Below are positions 19,120 through 28,968 of a stretch of DNA of 64,000 bases, in pieces. Under the pieces are notes generated by a model. It was not told the origin of the DNA and ran no database searches. It saw only the letters and a list, made by a program, of their open reading frames with translations. Location: the NCBI GenBank assembly GCA_944392175.1, contig CALXVT010000005.1, positions 735 through 64,734 of the forward strand. Direction: 5' to 3'. The position numbers were made by a program, and so were the translations under genes. This stretch comes from an uncultured Clostridia bacterium. Lineage in GTDB: Bacteria > Bacillota > Clostridia > TANB77 > CAG-508. The stretch's first letter is position 1. Every line of letters starts with the position of its first letter.

Positions 19120-22100
19120 TTGGATAAGTTTACAAATATGACAGAAGATAAAGAAGTTAGAGTATCGTTTATTCCTAAAGAAGATGTATTTACAATAAAT
19201 AAAGTAAATGAAGATGGTGAAAAACTACCAGGAGCAGAATTTAAACTAACAATACCAATAACAGATGATCCATCAATAGGAGAAAATGCAATAGGAGAAC
19301 TAATGCAAGCTGGTGGGGACTATTATGAATTCGAACAAGAGGGAGAGACATATAAACCAACAAATTTAAATGTAAATAATTCTGTAGCAATGAGTGGAAT
19401 ACTGCTAGACTTGAGTAGTGCAAAGGATTGGTACAAAATAACCATTAATGCAGAAATAGACGCTGGAAATAATAATAGTGATGAAGCAGTGGCTTTTGTG
19501 CAAGGAATGTCAAATTATGAACAACAATGGATATTCGACTTGACCGGAAAACAAGATGCACGAGATTATTCATTATTAATTCCTGGTGGAGAAATGTATG
19601 GACTAACACTAGGCTATACCAATTATGATGGAAATACAAATGATCATTTTGTAATAAACTCAATTAAAGTAGAACAATGTGAATATACTCAAACAGTTAC
19701 AACTGATTCAAATGGAGAAATAAAGCTAACATTACCAAATGGTGATTATGTAATAAAAGAAACAAAAGCACCAGAAGGATATGTATTAAATGAACAAGAA
19801 ATACCATTTACAGTAGGTGGAGAAAACAATTCATTAGATATTGTAAATAAAGAGGCATCAAAGGTAATAGTTCATCACTACAAAGATGGAACAACTGAAA
19901 AATTAGCAGATGATGAACTATTCACAGGAAATATAGGAGACAATTACACAACAGCGCCTAAAGACATTGAAGGATATGAAGTTGTAACAGAAAAAATCCC
20001 AACAAATGCAAGTGGTCAGTATAAAGAAACTGAACAAGAAGTAATCTACTATTACAAAGAAATACCAGCAAAACTAGTTGTTAATCACTATATAGAAGGA
20101 ACAGAAGAAATAGTTCCAGGATCAGAGGCGGATCAGTTGGAAGAGGAAAAAGCTAAAGGAACAGAATATACAACAAAGCCAGCAATAGATATAGATCCAA
20201 AATATGAATTGGTAGAAATACCAAGCAATGCATCAGGAACATTAACAGAAAGCGAAACAGTAGTAACATATTACTACAGAGTAAAGGATTCAGCAGGAGT
20301 AGTGGTACATCATATAGATACAGATACAAAACAACAAATAGCACCAGATGTAGTTATTCCAGCAAATGGAACAGGAAAATATGGAGACGAATATACAACA
20401 GAAGTAAGTGAAGAAATACCAGAAAATTATGAATATGTAACAAGAACAGACAACTGGGAAGGAACAATGATAGATAAATTAACAGAAGTAACATATGAAT
20501 ACAAATTGGTAGGTTCTACACTAGCAAATACTATAGAAAAAACAGCAACAGAGAAAATAGATAATATAAAAGACGAAATAACATATAACATAACATATAC
20601 AGCAAATATAAGTGATTATATAGGAAAGGCACAAATAACAATAGTGGATACTCTTCCATATGCAATAGACACAGCTAAATCAATACTAAATGGAGGAACA
20701 TATGATGCAAAAACAAATACAATAACATGGAAAGAAGTAGTAGAAGGAATAGATACATATGGAAATCCGGAAAGCGGAAAAATAGAAATAAATAAAACAA
20801 TAAAGGTTGTATATACAAATATAGACACAAAACAAAATGCAATAGAAAATACAGTAAAAGGACAGATAAAAACATATACACCAGAAAAGACAAGTGAAGA
20901 GGCAACAGATACAGCAGAAACAACAACAGGATTTACAGTAAATATACCAGTAGCTAAAGTATGGGATGATGAAAGTAATAAATTAGGAAAACGTCCAGAA
21001 AGTGTAATCTTCAAACTAACAGGAAGTGATGGTAGCGTTTACACAAAAGAATTAATAGTTCCAGGAACAGAAGGAAGTACAACAACAAAGGATAGTAACA
21101 ATGAAAATAAATGGAACGATATATTCGAAAATCTTTCAAAATATGATGCAGATAATAAAGAAATAACATATACCTTAACGGCAGAAGAAGAGAAAAACGA
21201 AGGAGATCTAAAATATTATGATACATCAATAGATGCTGAAAACAACATAATTACAAACACAAGTAAATATGGAAAAGTAACAGTACATTATTACATAATG
21301 AATCCAAATGGAACTCCGACAACAAATAAAGTGCCAGACATTAATAATAATGAAACACAAGACATAGTAATAGAAGGCAAAGAAGGAGACGAGTACAGTA
21401 CAGAACCAGCAGAAAATGTTTCAAATAAATACGAATTAGTAGAAGAAAAACTTCCAACAAATGCAGAAGGAACAATAGAAAAATACGATGAGTCAAAACC
21501 ACAAGAAGTAATATATTATTACAGATTAAAACCAGCCAAAGTAATAATAAATTACTTAGAAAAAGACGGAGACACAGATGACTCAAACAACCAAGTATTA
21601 TCAGAACAAGAACAAATAGACGGACATGTAGATGATAAATATAATACAGACACAGAACATAAGAAAGAAACAATAACAAAAGACGGAAAGAAATATACAT
21701 TAGTAGAAGATAGTAAAAACACAGAAGGAACAATGACAGTAGAAGATATAAATGTAACATATTATTATCTACAAAATACAAAAGCAACAGTAAGATATGT
21801 GGAAAGAGATCCAGAAACACATGAAATAATAAGAGATTTGGAAGAACCAAGAACAGAAGAGGGATTAGTAGGAGATGAGTTTGTAACAACAGAAAAAGCA
21901 TTTACAGGATATAGATTAGTAGAAGCACCAGAAAATAAAACAATAGAAATGACAAAAGAAGAACAAACATTAATATACTACTATGAACCAATAACAACAG
22001 GATTAGTAGAAAACCACATAGATGATATAACAGGAAAAGTGCTATATACAGAAGCACATAATGTTCAAGTAGGACAAAACTACAACATACCAAGCAAAGA

Positions 22101-23502
22101 ATTTGCAGGATATGACTTAGTAGAAACAAAACTTCCAAATAACAGCACAGGAATAATGGGAGAAGAACTAGTTACAGTAAATTACTACTATATTAAAAAG
22201 GCGGTGTTAGAGGTAAACTATATAGATAGAGCAACAGGAGAGCCACTAGCAGACCAAATAGTAGATGAAACAAAACATGAAGGAGATTCATATACAACAG
22301 TAGAGAAAACATTTGAGGGATATGAATTAATAGAAGAACCAGAAAATGCAAATGGAACAATGGAAGTAGAAGTAGATGCAGATGGAAACATAGTAAACAA
22401 TAGAACAGTTGTAACATATTACTATGGAAAACCAGCAGAAATAGAAGAACATCATGTAGATATATTAACAAAAGAAGAATTAGAAAAGCCAACAATCCAT
22501 AAAGGATATGTAGGAGAAGAATACAATATACCTTCAAAAGAATTCTTAAGCTATGTAGTAGCAGTAGATGATGGACAAGGAAACAACATGTTACCAACAA
22601 ATGCTAAAGGAAAATATACAGAAGAAAAACAAGTAATAACATACTATTACTATCAACCAGCAAAAGTAATAGTACACTATGTTGATATGACAACTGGAAA
22701 AGAACTAGAAGAAACAAATGAAGAAACAGGTAAATTACAATCTAGTCAAGTAGTAATAGAAGGAAGTAAAGACTTAGCATATACAACAACAGCAAAAGAA
22801 TTCCTATATTACACACTAGTACAAAGACCTGAACAAGAAGAAGGAAAGATGAAGGTAGAAATAACAAAAGATGAAGAAGGCAGAGACATTGTAAATAACA
22901 CAATAGATGTATATTACTACTATGAACCAAAAACATTTAACATAGGAGTAGATAAAACAATTAGTAAAGTAACAGTAAATGGAGAAGAACAAAACATAAG
23001 TAACAACAAATTAACAAGAGTAGAAATCTACCGAAAAAATGTAAATGAAACAAAAGTAGAAGTAGAATATACAATAAAAGTAACAAATAATGGAGAAGTA
23101 GATGGAAAAGCAATCATAAGAGAAAACATACCAGAAGGAATGAGTGTTGTAGACAATGACGAAACATGGGATGAAAAAGATGGATACTTAAGCAAAGTAA
23201 TACCAGAGATAAAAGCAGGAGAGACAAAAGAATACAAGATAACATTAGTATGGAACAGAGGAGATAGAAACCTAGGAGAAAAAGACAACAAAGTAGAGAT
23301 AACACAAACAGATAATATACCAGGATTTAAGGATAAGAACGAACAAGACAACAGTTCAGAAGCAAGAGTATTAATAAATGTATCAACAGGAAGTGTACCA
23401 TGGCCAATAATAATAGCATTAGTAGCAGTGGCAGGATTAGAAACAGTAACATTAAGTTATGCTAAAGTGCTAACAAATAAACAAAAGAAAAATAGAAAAT
23501 AG
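19120..23502 (+). CDS. Giant adhesin, segment 3: InlB-B-repeat-like module, SpaA-like domain, ~10 MucBP-like repeats, a Cna-B domain, a DUF11-like C-terminal module and an NVSTG + TM + basic tail
   Basis: The frame is open upstream to 18787, with no ATG/GTG/TTG before the TTG at 19120. The MucBP-like units have the form V.VHY(V/I)D..T...L.......G..G..Y.T......GYEL.......NA.G......VTYYY. The Cna-B segment reads KVWDDESNKLGKRPESVIFKL. The C-terminus is LINVSTGSVPWPIIIALVAVAGL...KQKKNRK. Confidence 0.8.
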   Translation: MDKFTNMTEDKEVRVSFIPKEDVFTINKVNEDGEKLPGAEFKLTIPITDDPSIGENAIGELMQAGGDYYEFEQEGETYKPTNLNVNNSVAMSGILLDLSSAKDWYKITINAEIDAGNNNSDEAVAFVQGMSNYEQQWIFDLTGKQDARDYSLLIPGGEMYGLTLGYTNYDGNTNDHFVINSIKVEQCEYTQTVTTDSNGEIKLTLPNGDYVIKETKAPEGYVLNEQEIPFTVGGENNSLDIVNKEASKVIVHHYKDGTTEKLADDELFTGNIGDNYTTAPKDIEGYEVVTEKIPTNASGQYKETEQEVIYYYKEIPAKLVVNHYIEGTEEIVPGSEADQLEEEKAKGTEYTTKPAIDIDPKYELVEIPSNASGTLTESETVVTYYYRVKDSAGVVVHHIDTDTKQQIAPDVVIPANGTGKYGDEYTTEVSEEIPENYEYVTRTDNWEGTMIDKLTEVTYEYKLVGSTLANTIEKTATEKIDNIKDEITYNITYTANISDYIGKAQITIVDTLPYAIDTAKSILNGGTYDAKTNTITWKEVVEGIDTYGNPESGKIEINKTIKVVYTNIDTKQNAIENTVKGQIKTYTPEKTSEEATDTAETTTGFTVNIPVAKVWDDESNKLGKRPESVIFKLTGSDGSVYTKELIVPGTEGSTTTKDSNNENKWNDIFENLSKYDADNKEITYTLTAEEEKNEGDLKYYDTSIDAENNIITNTSKYGKVTVHYYIMNPNGTPTTNKVPDINNNETQDIVIEGKEGDEYSTEPAENVSNKYELVEEKLPTNAEGTIEKYDESKPQEVIYYYRLKPAKVIINYLEKDGDTDDSNNQVLSEQEQIDGHVDDKYNTDTEHKKETITKDGKKYTLVEDSKNTEGTMTVEDINVTYYYLQNTKATVRYVERDPETHEIIRDLEEPRTEEGLVGDEFVTTEKAFTGYRLVEAPENKTIEMTKEEQTLIYYYEPITTGLVENHIDDITGKVLYTEAHNVQVGQNYNIPSKEFAGYDLVETKLPNNSTGIMGEELVTVNYYYIKKAVLEVNYIDRATGEPLADQIVDETKHEGDSYTTVEKTFEGYELIEEPENANGTMEVEVDADGNIVNNRTVVTYYYGKPAEIEEHHVDILTKEELEKPTIHKGYVGEEYNIPSKEFLSYVVAVDDGQGNNMLPTNAKGKYTEEKQVITYYYYQPAKVIVHYVDMTTGKELEETNEETGKLQSSQVVIEGSKDLAYTTTAKEFLYYTLVQRPEQEEGKMKVEITKDEEGRDIVNNTIDVYYYYEPKTFNIGVDKTISKVTVNGEEQNISNNKLTRVEIYRKNVNETKVEVEYTIKVTNNGEVDGKAIIRENIPEGMSVVDNDETWDEKDGYLSKVIPEIKAGETKEYKITLVWNRGDRNLGEKDNKVEITQTDNIPGFKDKNEQDNSSEARVLINVSTGSVPWPIIIALVAVAGLETVTLSYAKVLTNKQKKNRK

Positions 23503-23529
23503 GGATCAGGGGACGGTCCTAAAATCCCT
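23501..23529 (+). terminator. Hairpin overlapping the TAG stop of the adhesin, one of a pair with 31241-31277
   Basis: The stem pairs agggat with atccct around a 17-nt loop (caggggacggtcctaaa). There is no clear T-run, so terminator function is uncertain. Confidence 0.35.
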
Positions 23530-23619
23530 ATAAGATAGAAATATTTATATCAAGTATAATTAGTCAAAATTATGCAATAATAGAATTTAGTCAAATGAAT
23601 AATTTGTTTCATAAAGTTA

Positions 23620-23655
23620 AAGGAACATCACTTATTAAAGAGATGTTCCTTTTTG
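23620..23655 (+). terminator. Intergenic hairpin with T-run
   Basis: The stem pairs aaggaacatc with gatgttcctt and is followed by TTTT. Confidence 0.5.
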
Positions 23656-23765
23656 TCGTATTTAATGAAAAAATAATTAAGATAACGGGATTGAGAAAAG
23701 AAGAAATGAAAGAAATATTAAATGAAAGTAATTAATATAGTAAGACTGAAGTAACAAAAAAGAAT

Positions 23766-23811
23766 AAAAAGTGGAAAACAATTAATTCAAAAAATAGTTT
23801 TCCACTTTTTG
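23766..23811 (+). terminator. Hairpin terminator, one of a pair with 57818-57862
   Basis: The stem pairs aaaaagtggaaaac with gttttccacttttt. Confidence 0.6.
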
Positions 23812-23926
23812 TTTACTTAATCTAATATTATTAAATCAAACTAAATGCTCCCATACTATTTTAATAGAATTAATATAAAAAATGCAATGATACTATTGCT
23901 TTACTACTAAATCTATATCATTTTTC

Positions 23927-23955
23927 TTGTACATACACAAAATCTATAGTATAAT
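23927..23955 (+). promoter_or_regulatory. Sigma-A type promoter for xth
   Basis: TTGTAC (23927-23932), a 17-nt spacer and TATAAT (23950-23955) lie 24 nt upstream of the ATG. Confidence 0.55.
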
Positions 23956-23978
23956 TTGAAAAGTTTAGGAGGTAAAAA

Positions 23979-24746
23979 ATGAAATTAATATCATGGAATG
24001 TAAATGGTCTAAGAGCCGTTATAAATAAAGGATTTAAAGAATTCTTTGATAAAATAGATGCAGATATATTTTGCATTCAGGAAACAAAAATGCAAGAAAA
24101 TCAAATAGATGATAACATAAAAGAAATAGTAAAAGAATATAATTCTTATTGGAATAGTGCGGAAAAGAAAGGTTATTCTGGAACTGCAATCTTTTCTAAG
24201 GAAAAACCAGTAAATGTAACATATGGAATTGGAAAAGAAGAACATGATAAAGAAGGAAGAGTAATTACATTAGAATTTGAAAAATTTTATATGGTAAATA
24301 TATATACACCAAACTCAAAAAGAGAATTAGAAAGATTAGATTATAGACAAGTTTGGGAAGATGAGATTAGAGAATATTTATTAAAATTAAATGAAAGTAA
24401 ACCAGTAATTATGTGTGGAGATTTAAATGTAGCACATCAAGAAATAGATTTAAAAAATCCAAAAACAAATAGAAGAAATGCAGGTTTCACAGATGAAGAA
24501 AGAAATAAAATGACAGAATTACTTAATGCAGGATTTACAGATACATTTAGATATAAATATCCAGATGTAGAAGGTAAATATAGTTGGTGGTCATATATGT
24601 TTCACGCAAGAGAAAAAAATGCTGGATGGAGAATTGATTATTTTATAGTATCTAATTCATTAAAAGACAATATTATAGATGCAAAAATATTGGACGACAT
24701 ATATGGAAGTGACCACTGCCCAGTAGAACTTGATATTAATATATAG
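23979..24746 (+). CDS. xth: Exodeoxyribonuclease III (AP endonuclease)
   Basis: The product is 255 aa. It has MKLISWNVNGLRA, FCIQETK, GDLNVAH and a C-terminal GSDHCPV. Confidence 0.9.
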   Translation: MKLISWNVNGLRAVINKGFKEFFDKIDADIFCIQETKMQENQIDDNIKEIVKEYNSYWNSAEKKGYSGTAIFSKEKPVNVTYGIGKEEHDKEGRVITLEFEKFYMVNIYTPNSKRELERLDYRQVWEDEIREYLLKLNESKPVIMCGDLNVAHQEIDLKNPKTNRRNAGFTDEERNKMTELLNAGFTDTFRYKYPDVEGKYSWWSYMFHAREKNAGWRIDYFIVSNSLKDNIIDAKILDDIYGSDHCPVELDINI

Positions 24747-24756
24747 GGAGAATATT

Positions 24757-25866
24757 ATGAAAGAGAAAAAATGGAAAAATTGGCTATATTGGTTTAGCCT
24801 TGCATTAGCAATAATTATAGTATTTAACTTCTTTAATAATTTTGAAAATTTAAAATCGGTTATTGGAAATCTATTTAATGTATTAAGTCCATTTTTAGCA
24901 GGACTATTAATTGCATATATTCTATTTTTACCTACAAGAGGAATAGAAAGAAGAGTAGAAAAATGTAAATTTAAATTTATTAGTAAAAGGTCAAGACCGA
25001 TTAGTGTAATACTAATTTATTTAATAATTGTTATATTAATTGTAATAGCGATGCAGTTTTTAATACCAAAAGTATATGAAAGTATTACAGAGCTTATAAA
25101 TAATTCTCAAGGTTATATAACAGAAATGATAAATAAATTTTCTGAACTTCCAGAAGATTCATTTTTAAAGAAAGACTTTTTACAAGAAGCAATTCAAAAA
25201 TTAAGACAGATAGACATTATGCAAATAATAAACTATATTTCAGGAATATTTAGTGTTGCAACAAGCTTAATTAATGTATTTGTAGCAATAATCGTTTCTG
25301 TATATGTTTTAGTAGAAAGAAGTAAATTAGTAAAAGCATTAAAAAGATTTATTCATGCAGTATTTAAAGAAGAAACTGCAAATAAAGTAATAAGATATTT
25401 TAATAATAGTAATGAATATTTCTTTAAATTTTTAGCGAGCCAAGTATTAGATGGAATAATAATAGGTATATTAGTATCTATTGCCATGAGTATATTAGGA
25501 GTAAAATATGCTGTACTTCTTGGATTCTTTATAGGATTATTTAATTTAATTCCATATTTTGGAGCGATATTTGCAGTAGCAATTTCTGCAATAATCACAT
25601 TATTTACAGGAGGCTTAGCACAAGCTATATGGATGTTAGTTATAGTAATTATTTTACAACAAATAGATGCCAATATAATTAATCCAAAAATAGTTGGCGG
25701 ATCATTAAAACTAAGTCCGTTATTAGTAATATTTGCAGTTACAATTGGAGGAGCATATTTTGGAATATTAGGAATGTTCTTAGGTGCTCCAGTTGCAGCA
25801 GTAATAAAACTTGTTATTACAGATATTATTAATTTTAGATTGGAAAAAAAGAAGATTAAAGAATAA
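24757..25866 (+). CDS. AI-2E family transporter (PerM/YtvI-like permease)
   Basis: It has about eight hydrophobic segments and the motif NLIPYFGAIFA...QQIDANIINPKIVG, typical of the family. The ATG at 24757 is preceded by GGGAGA. The track ORF start at 24730 overlaps xth. Confidence 0.8.
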   Translation: MKEKKWKNWLYWFSLALAIIIVFNFFNNFENLKSVIGNLFNVLSPFLAGLLIAYILFLPTRGIERRVEKCKFKFISKRSRPISVILIYLIIVILIVIAMQFLIPKVYESITELINNSQGYITEMINKFSELPEDSFLKKDFLQEAIQKLRQIDIMQIINYISGIFSVATSLINVFVAIIVSVYVLVERSKLVKALKRFIHAVFKEETANKVIRYFNNSNEYFFKFLASQVLDGIIIGILVSIAMSILGVKYAVLLGFFIGLFNLIPYFGAIFAVAISAIITLFTGGLAQAIWMLVIVIILQQIDANIINPKIVGGSLKLSPLLVIFAVTIGGAYFGILGMFLGAPVAAVIKLVITDIINFRLEKKKIKE

Positions 25867-25870
25867 AATT

Positions 25871-25919
25871 AAAGGATATAAAGGAATTAAGAAAATATTA
25901 ATACTTTATATCCTTTTTT
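25871..25919 (+). terminator. Hairpin terminator, sequence-related to the minC terminator
   Basis: The stem pairs aaaggatataaag with ctttatatccttt, followed by a T-run. Confidence 0.6.
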
Positions 25920-25980
25920 CTTAAGTTTTAAGATGGTATAATATACACGAAATGATAAAAGAAAGAAAAGGGGCTATAAC

Positions 25981-26679
25981 ATGTATAATATTTTAGTTTG
26001 TGATGATGATAAAGAAATTGTTAAAGCAATTGAGATATATTTAGAAAAAGAAGGATACAAAATATATAAAGCTTATAATGGAAAAGAAGCATTAGATATA
26101 ATAAATAATACAGAATTACATTTAGTAATTTTAGATATAATGATGCCAGAGGTAGATGGAATATCTGTTGCAGAAACAATTAGAAAAGATAAATCAATAC
26201 CTATAATAATGCTTTCAGCAAAATCAGAAGATTATGACAAAATAAAAGGTTTAAACGTAGGAGCAGATGACTATATTACTAAACCATTTAATCCAATGGA
26301 ATTAGTAGCAAGAGTTAATTCACAAATAAGAAGATATACAAAATTAGGCAGTATTAATACTAAAAGTGATAGTGACAACATTTATAGATCTGGAGAATTA
26401 GTTATTGATGATAATAGAAAAGAAGTAACAGTTGATGGGAAACTTATAAAAGTAACACCTACAGAATATAATATTTTAAAATTTTTAACTAAAAACAAAG
26501 GGATTGTATTTTCAATTTCACAAATATATGAAAATGTATGGGAAGAAGAATCATATGGAGCAGAAAATATAATTGCTGTACATATAAGACACATAAGAGA
26601 AAAAATAGAAATAAATCCACGTGAACCAAAATATTTAAAAGTAATTTGGGGAATTGGATATAAAATAGAAAATATTTAA
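25981..26679 (+). CDS. OmpR-family two-component response regulator
   Basis: The receiver domain has VCDDD and LVILDIMMP with the phospho-acceptor Asp. The winged-helix output domain has LTPTEYNILKFL and GIGYKI. Confidence 0.9.
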   Translation: MYNILVCDDDKEIVKAIEIYLEKEGYKIYKAYNGKEALDIINNTELHLVILDIMMPEVDGISVAETIRKDKSIPIIMLSAKSEDYDKIKGLNVGADDYITKPFNPMELVARVNSQIRRYTKLGSINTKSDSDNIYRSGELVIDDNRKEVTVDGKLIKVTPTEYNILKFLTKNKGIVFSISQIYENVWEEESYGAENIIAVHIRHIREKIEINPREPKYLKVIWGIGYKIENI

Positions 26680-26685
26680 AAGGAT

Positions 26686-28758
26686 GTGAAGTTATGCGGA
26701 GAAAAAGAATTATTAACTAATCCATTGTTAAAAATTATTTCTTTTCTAACATTACCAATCTTTTTAATGGTTATTGTGATTGATATAATTGTAATTGCAT
26801 ATTCCATAGAAAATCCAGAAGTAAGAGAATCCACTGATTTTTATGATACAGATATGTTTATTTCTTCATATATGAGCGAAGTTACTAGAATAAGTATGAA
26901 TGTGCATGATGAAATAGAAAATGGTTTTGTATATGATGAATATGGATATATTATAGATGAAGATGGAGAAAATATTAATGATAGTACACCTATTTATGTT
27001 CAAGATGGAGAATATAGGATATATTATCAAAGTAATTATATAAAAAAGAAATTTATTTATTTAGTAGTAGACACAAAAAATAAAGTTGCATATACAAATA
27101 TACAACAAACAGAGCAAACTAATTCTATAAATGAATTAAAACAAAATTTAATTTCAGAAAACAAGTATTGGTCAATTACAAATAATAATATACAAACAAA
27201 TATAGAAAGGTTATCAAAAGAAAATATAGTTTATAATCAGGAACTACAAGCAATACAAAATTTTTCTAATGATAAAGAATATTTTACTGCATATGATGAA
27301 ACAGTTAAAAATTGGGACTCATCAAATGATATAGGAATAAATAGTGCAGTTTATTCTCAAATACAGAAATTATATGGATTTTCATATACTACTTTAGTGG
27401 TTAGTATAATAATTGGTTTTATAGAACTAATTTATTTAATATATAGTGTAGGACATTTAAAAGGAAAAGAAGGTATAACTTTAACTTGGATAGATAAAAT
27501 CCCATTAGAAATTTTAGCTGTAGCATATTTCTTCATATTTTTTATGGAAGTAATGATTATGGCAAGTTGCGTGTATATACTAACTGTGGATGTGAATTTG
27601 TCATTAATGCTTATAATAATGAGTGGATATTTTACAGCTCTTAATGCACTATATATTGCTGGAACTTTATTAAAAAGAATAAAATCAAATACATTTATTA
27701 CAAATACAATCTTTTACAGATTTTTTAAATGGTTAGGAAGAAAATTAACTAATTTTAAAAATGCAATTTTTACTAATTTAAAACTTGGTAGAAAAATAGG
27801 AATATATTTTGCAGGAATAATACTTGTATCAGCATTATTAATAGGAGTCTTTAGAGAATTTGGAATATTACTTGATATAGTATTTTGGATATGGTGCTAC
27901 TACAAGATTATGAAAGAAGTAAATAAATTTAAAGAAATTCATGATGCAACAGAAAAAATTTATAAAGGTGATACAAATATTAAAATAAACGAATCTTTAT
28001 ATACAGGCCTTTTAAAAGAACTTGTAATGTATATAAATGATATTGCTGGGGGATTTACAAATGCAGTAAATGAAAGCATTAAAAGTGAAAGAATGAAGAC
28101 TGAATTAATAACAAATGTATCACATGATATAAAAACACCATTAACATCAATAATTAATTATGTGGATTTGTTAAAACAAGAGGATATTAAAGATGAAAAA
28201 GCGAAAGAATACATAGAAGTTTTAGATAATAAATCACAAAGATTAAAAAAATTAATAGAAGATTTAGTAGAAGCTTCAAAAGCTTCATCTGGAAACATAA
28301 AAATAACTAAAGAAGTTTTAAATGTTAATGAATTGCTAAATCAAATAACAGGTGAATTTGAAGACAAATTTGAAAAACGTGGATTAAAGACAATTAGTAA
28401 ATTACCAGAAGAAAAAGTATTTATTAAAGCAGATAGCAGATATTTATATAGAGTATTGGAAAATGTATATAGTAATGTTGCAAAATATGCAGAAGAAAAT
28501 TCTAGAGTATATGTAGATTGTGTAATAGAAAATGATGAAGTAGCTATATATGTAAAAAATATATCTAAAGATGAATTAAATATTTCAGCAGATGAACTAA
28601 TGCAAAGATTTGTAAGAGGAGATAAATCTAGAAATACAGAAGGAAGTGGACTTGGACTTTCTATTGCAAAAAGCTTAACAGAATTACAAGATGGTACATT
28701 TAATATATATTTAGATGGTGATTTATTTAAAGTAGCAATAAAATTTAAAAAAGTATAA
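26686..28758 (+). CDS. Membrane sensor histidine kinase
   Basis: It has a GTG start. A large N-terminal region carries several TM segments. An H-box reads ELITNVSHDIKTPLTSI, and the HATPase N and G boxes are present (GDKSRNTEGSGLGLSIAKS). Confidence 0.85.
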   Translation: MKLCGEKELLTNPLLKIISFLTLPIFLMVIVIDIIVIAYSIENPEVRESTDFYDTDMFISSYMSEVTRISMNVHDEIENGFVYDEYGYIIDEDGENINDSTPIYVQDGEYRIYYQSNYIKKKFIYLVVDTKNKVAYTNIQQTEQTNSINELKQNLISENKYWSITNNNIQTNIERLSKENIVYNQELQAIQNFSNDKEYFTAYDETVKNWDSSNDIGINSAVYSQIQKLYGFSYTTLVVSIIIGFIELIYLIYSVGHLKGKEGITLTWIDKIPLEILAVAYFFIFFMEVMIMASCVYILTVDVNLSLMLIIMSGYFTALNALYIAGTLLKRIKSNTFITNTIFYRFFKWLGRKLTNFKNAIFTNLKLGRKIGIYFAGIILVSALLIGVFREFGILLDIVFWIWCYYKIMKEVNKFKEIHDATEKIYKGDTNIKINESLYTGLLKELVMYINDIAGGFTNAVNESIKSERMKTELITNVSHDIKTPLTSIINYVDLLKQEDIKDEKAKEYIEVLDNKSQRLKKLIEDLVEASKASSGNIKITKEVLNVNELLNQITGEFEDKFEKRGLKTISKLPEEKVFIKADSRYLYRVLENVYSNVAKYAEENSRVYVDCVIENDEVAIYVKNISKDELNISADELMQRFVRGDKSRNTEGSGLGLSIAKSLTELQDGTFNIYLDGDLFKVAIKFKKV

Positions 28759-28764
28759 ATAAGT

Positions 28765-28797
28765 AAAGTAGCTCTATTGCTAGGGCTACTTTTGATT
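28765..28797 (+). terminator. Hairpin terminator after the kinase gene
   Basis: The stem pairs aaagtagctct with agggctacttt (one mismatch), followed by T-rich sequence. Confidence 0.55.
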
Positions 28798-28968
28798 TTA
28801 GATAAAAAATAAACAAATTTTTGCATATACCTTGCGAAAACTTGTTCTGCATGATAGAATAAAAAAATATAAAATTTAGGTTGTTAAAAAAAAGAAATAT
28901 GATATAATTTGCAAGGTAATACAACTTTTTGGAGAAAGGAGAGTATATCTTAGATATACAATTAAAAA

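Larger units (their letters stand above)
13250..23502 (+). pseudogene. Single ~3,400-codon cell-surface adhesin gene interrupted by two +1 frame breaks (pseudogene, assembly error or recoding). The three segments are listed separately below
   Basis: The three ORFs overlap or abut in successive +1 frames (stop at 18193 with the next frame open from 18135; stop at 18815 with the next frame open from 18787). Domain repeats continue across both junctions. There is one N-terminal signal/anchor and one C-terminal sorting-signal-like tail. Confidence 0.75.

Noticed and set aside
20616-22600. Long minus-strand ORFs inside the giant adhesin (20616..21014, 20675..20926, 21341..21901, 21902..22138, 22193..22600 and similar ones at 13344, 14436, 16641, 17265, 19241, 22742, 23028)
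   Set aside because: They are antisense to a purine-rich, repeat-rich coding strand. Their translations are low-complexity L/F/H/Y strings, they have no RBS, and they overlap a well-supported gene.
23595-23735. A 46-codon ORF (MNNLFHKVKGTSLIKEMFLFVVF...) in the adhesin-xth intergenic region
   Set aside because: It has no RBS, and a terminator-like hairpin (23620-23655) lies inside it. It is more likely non-coding spacer.
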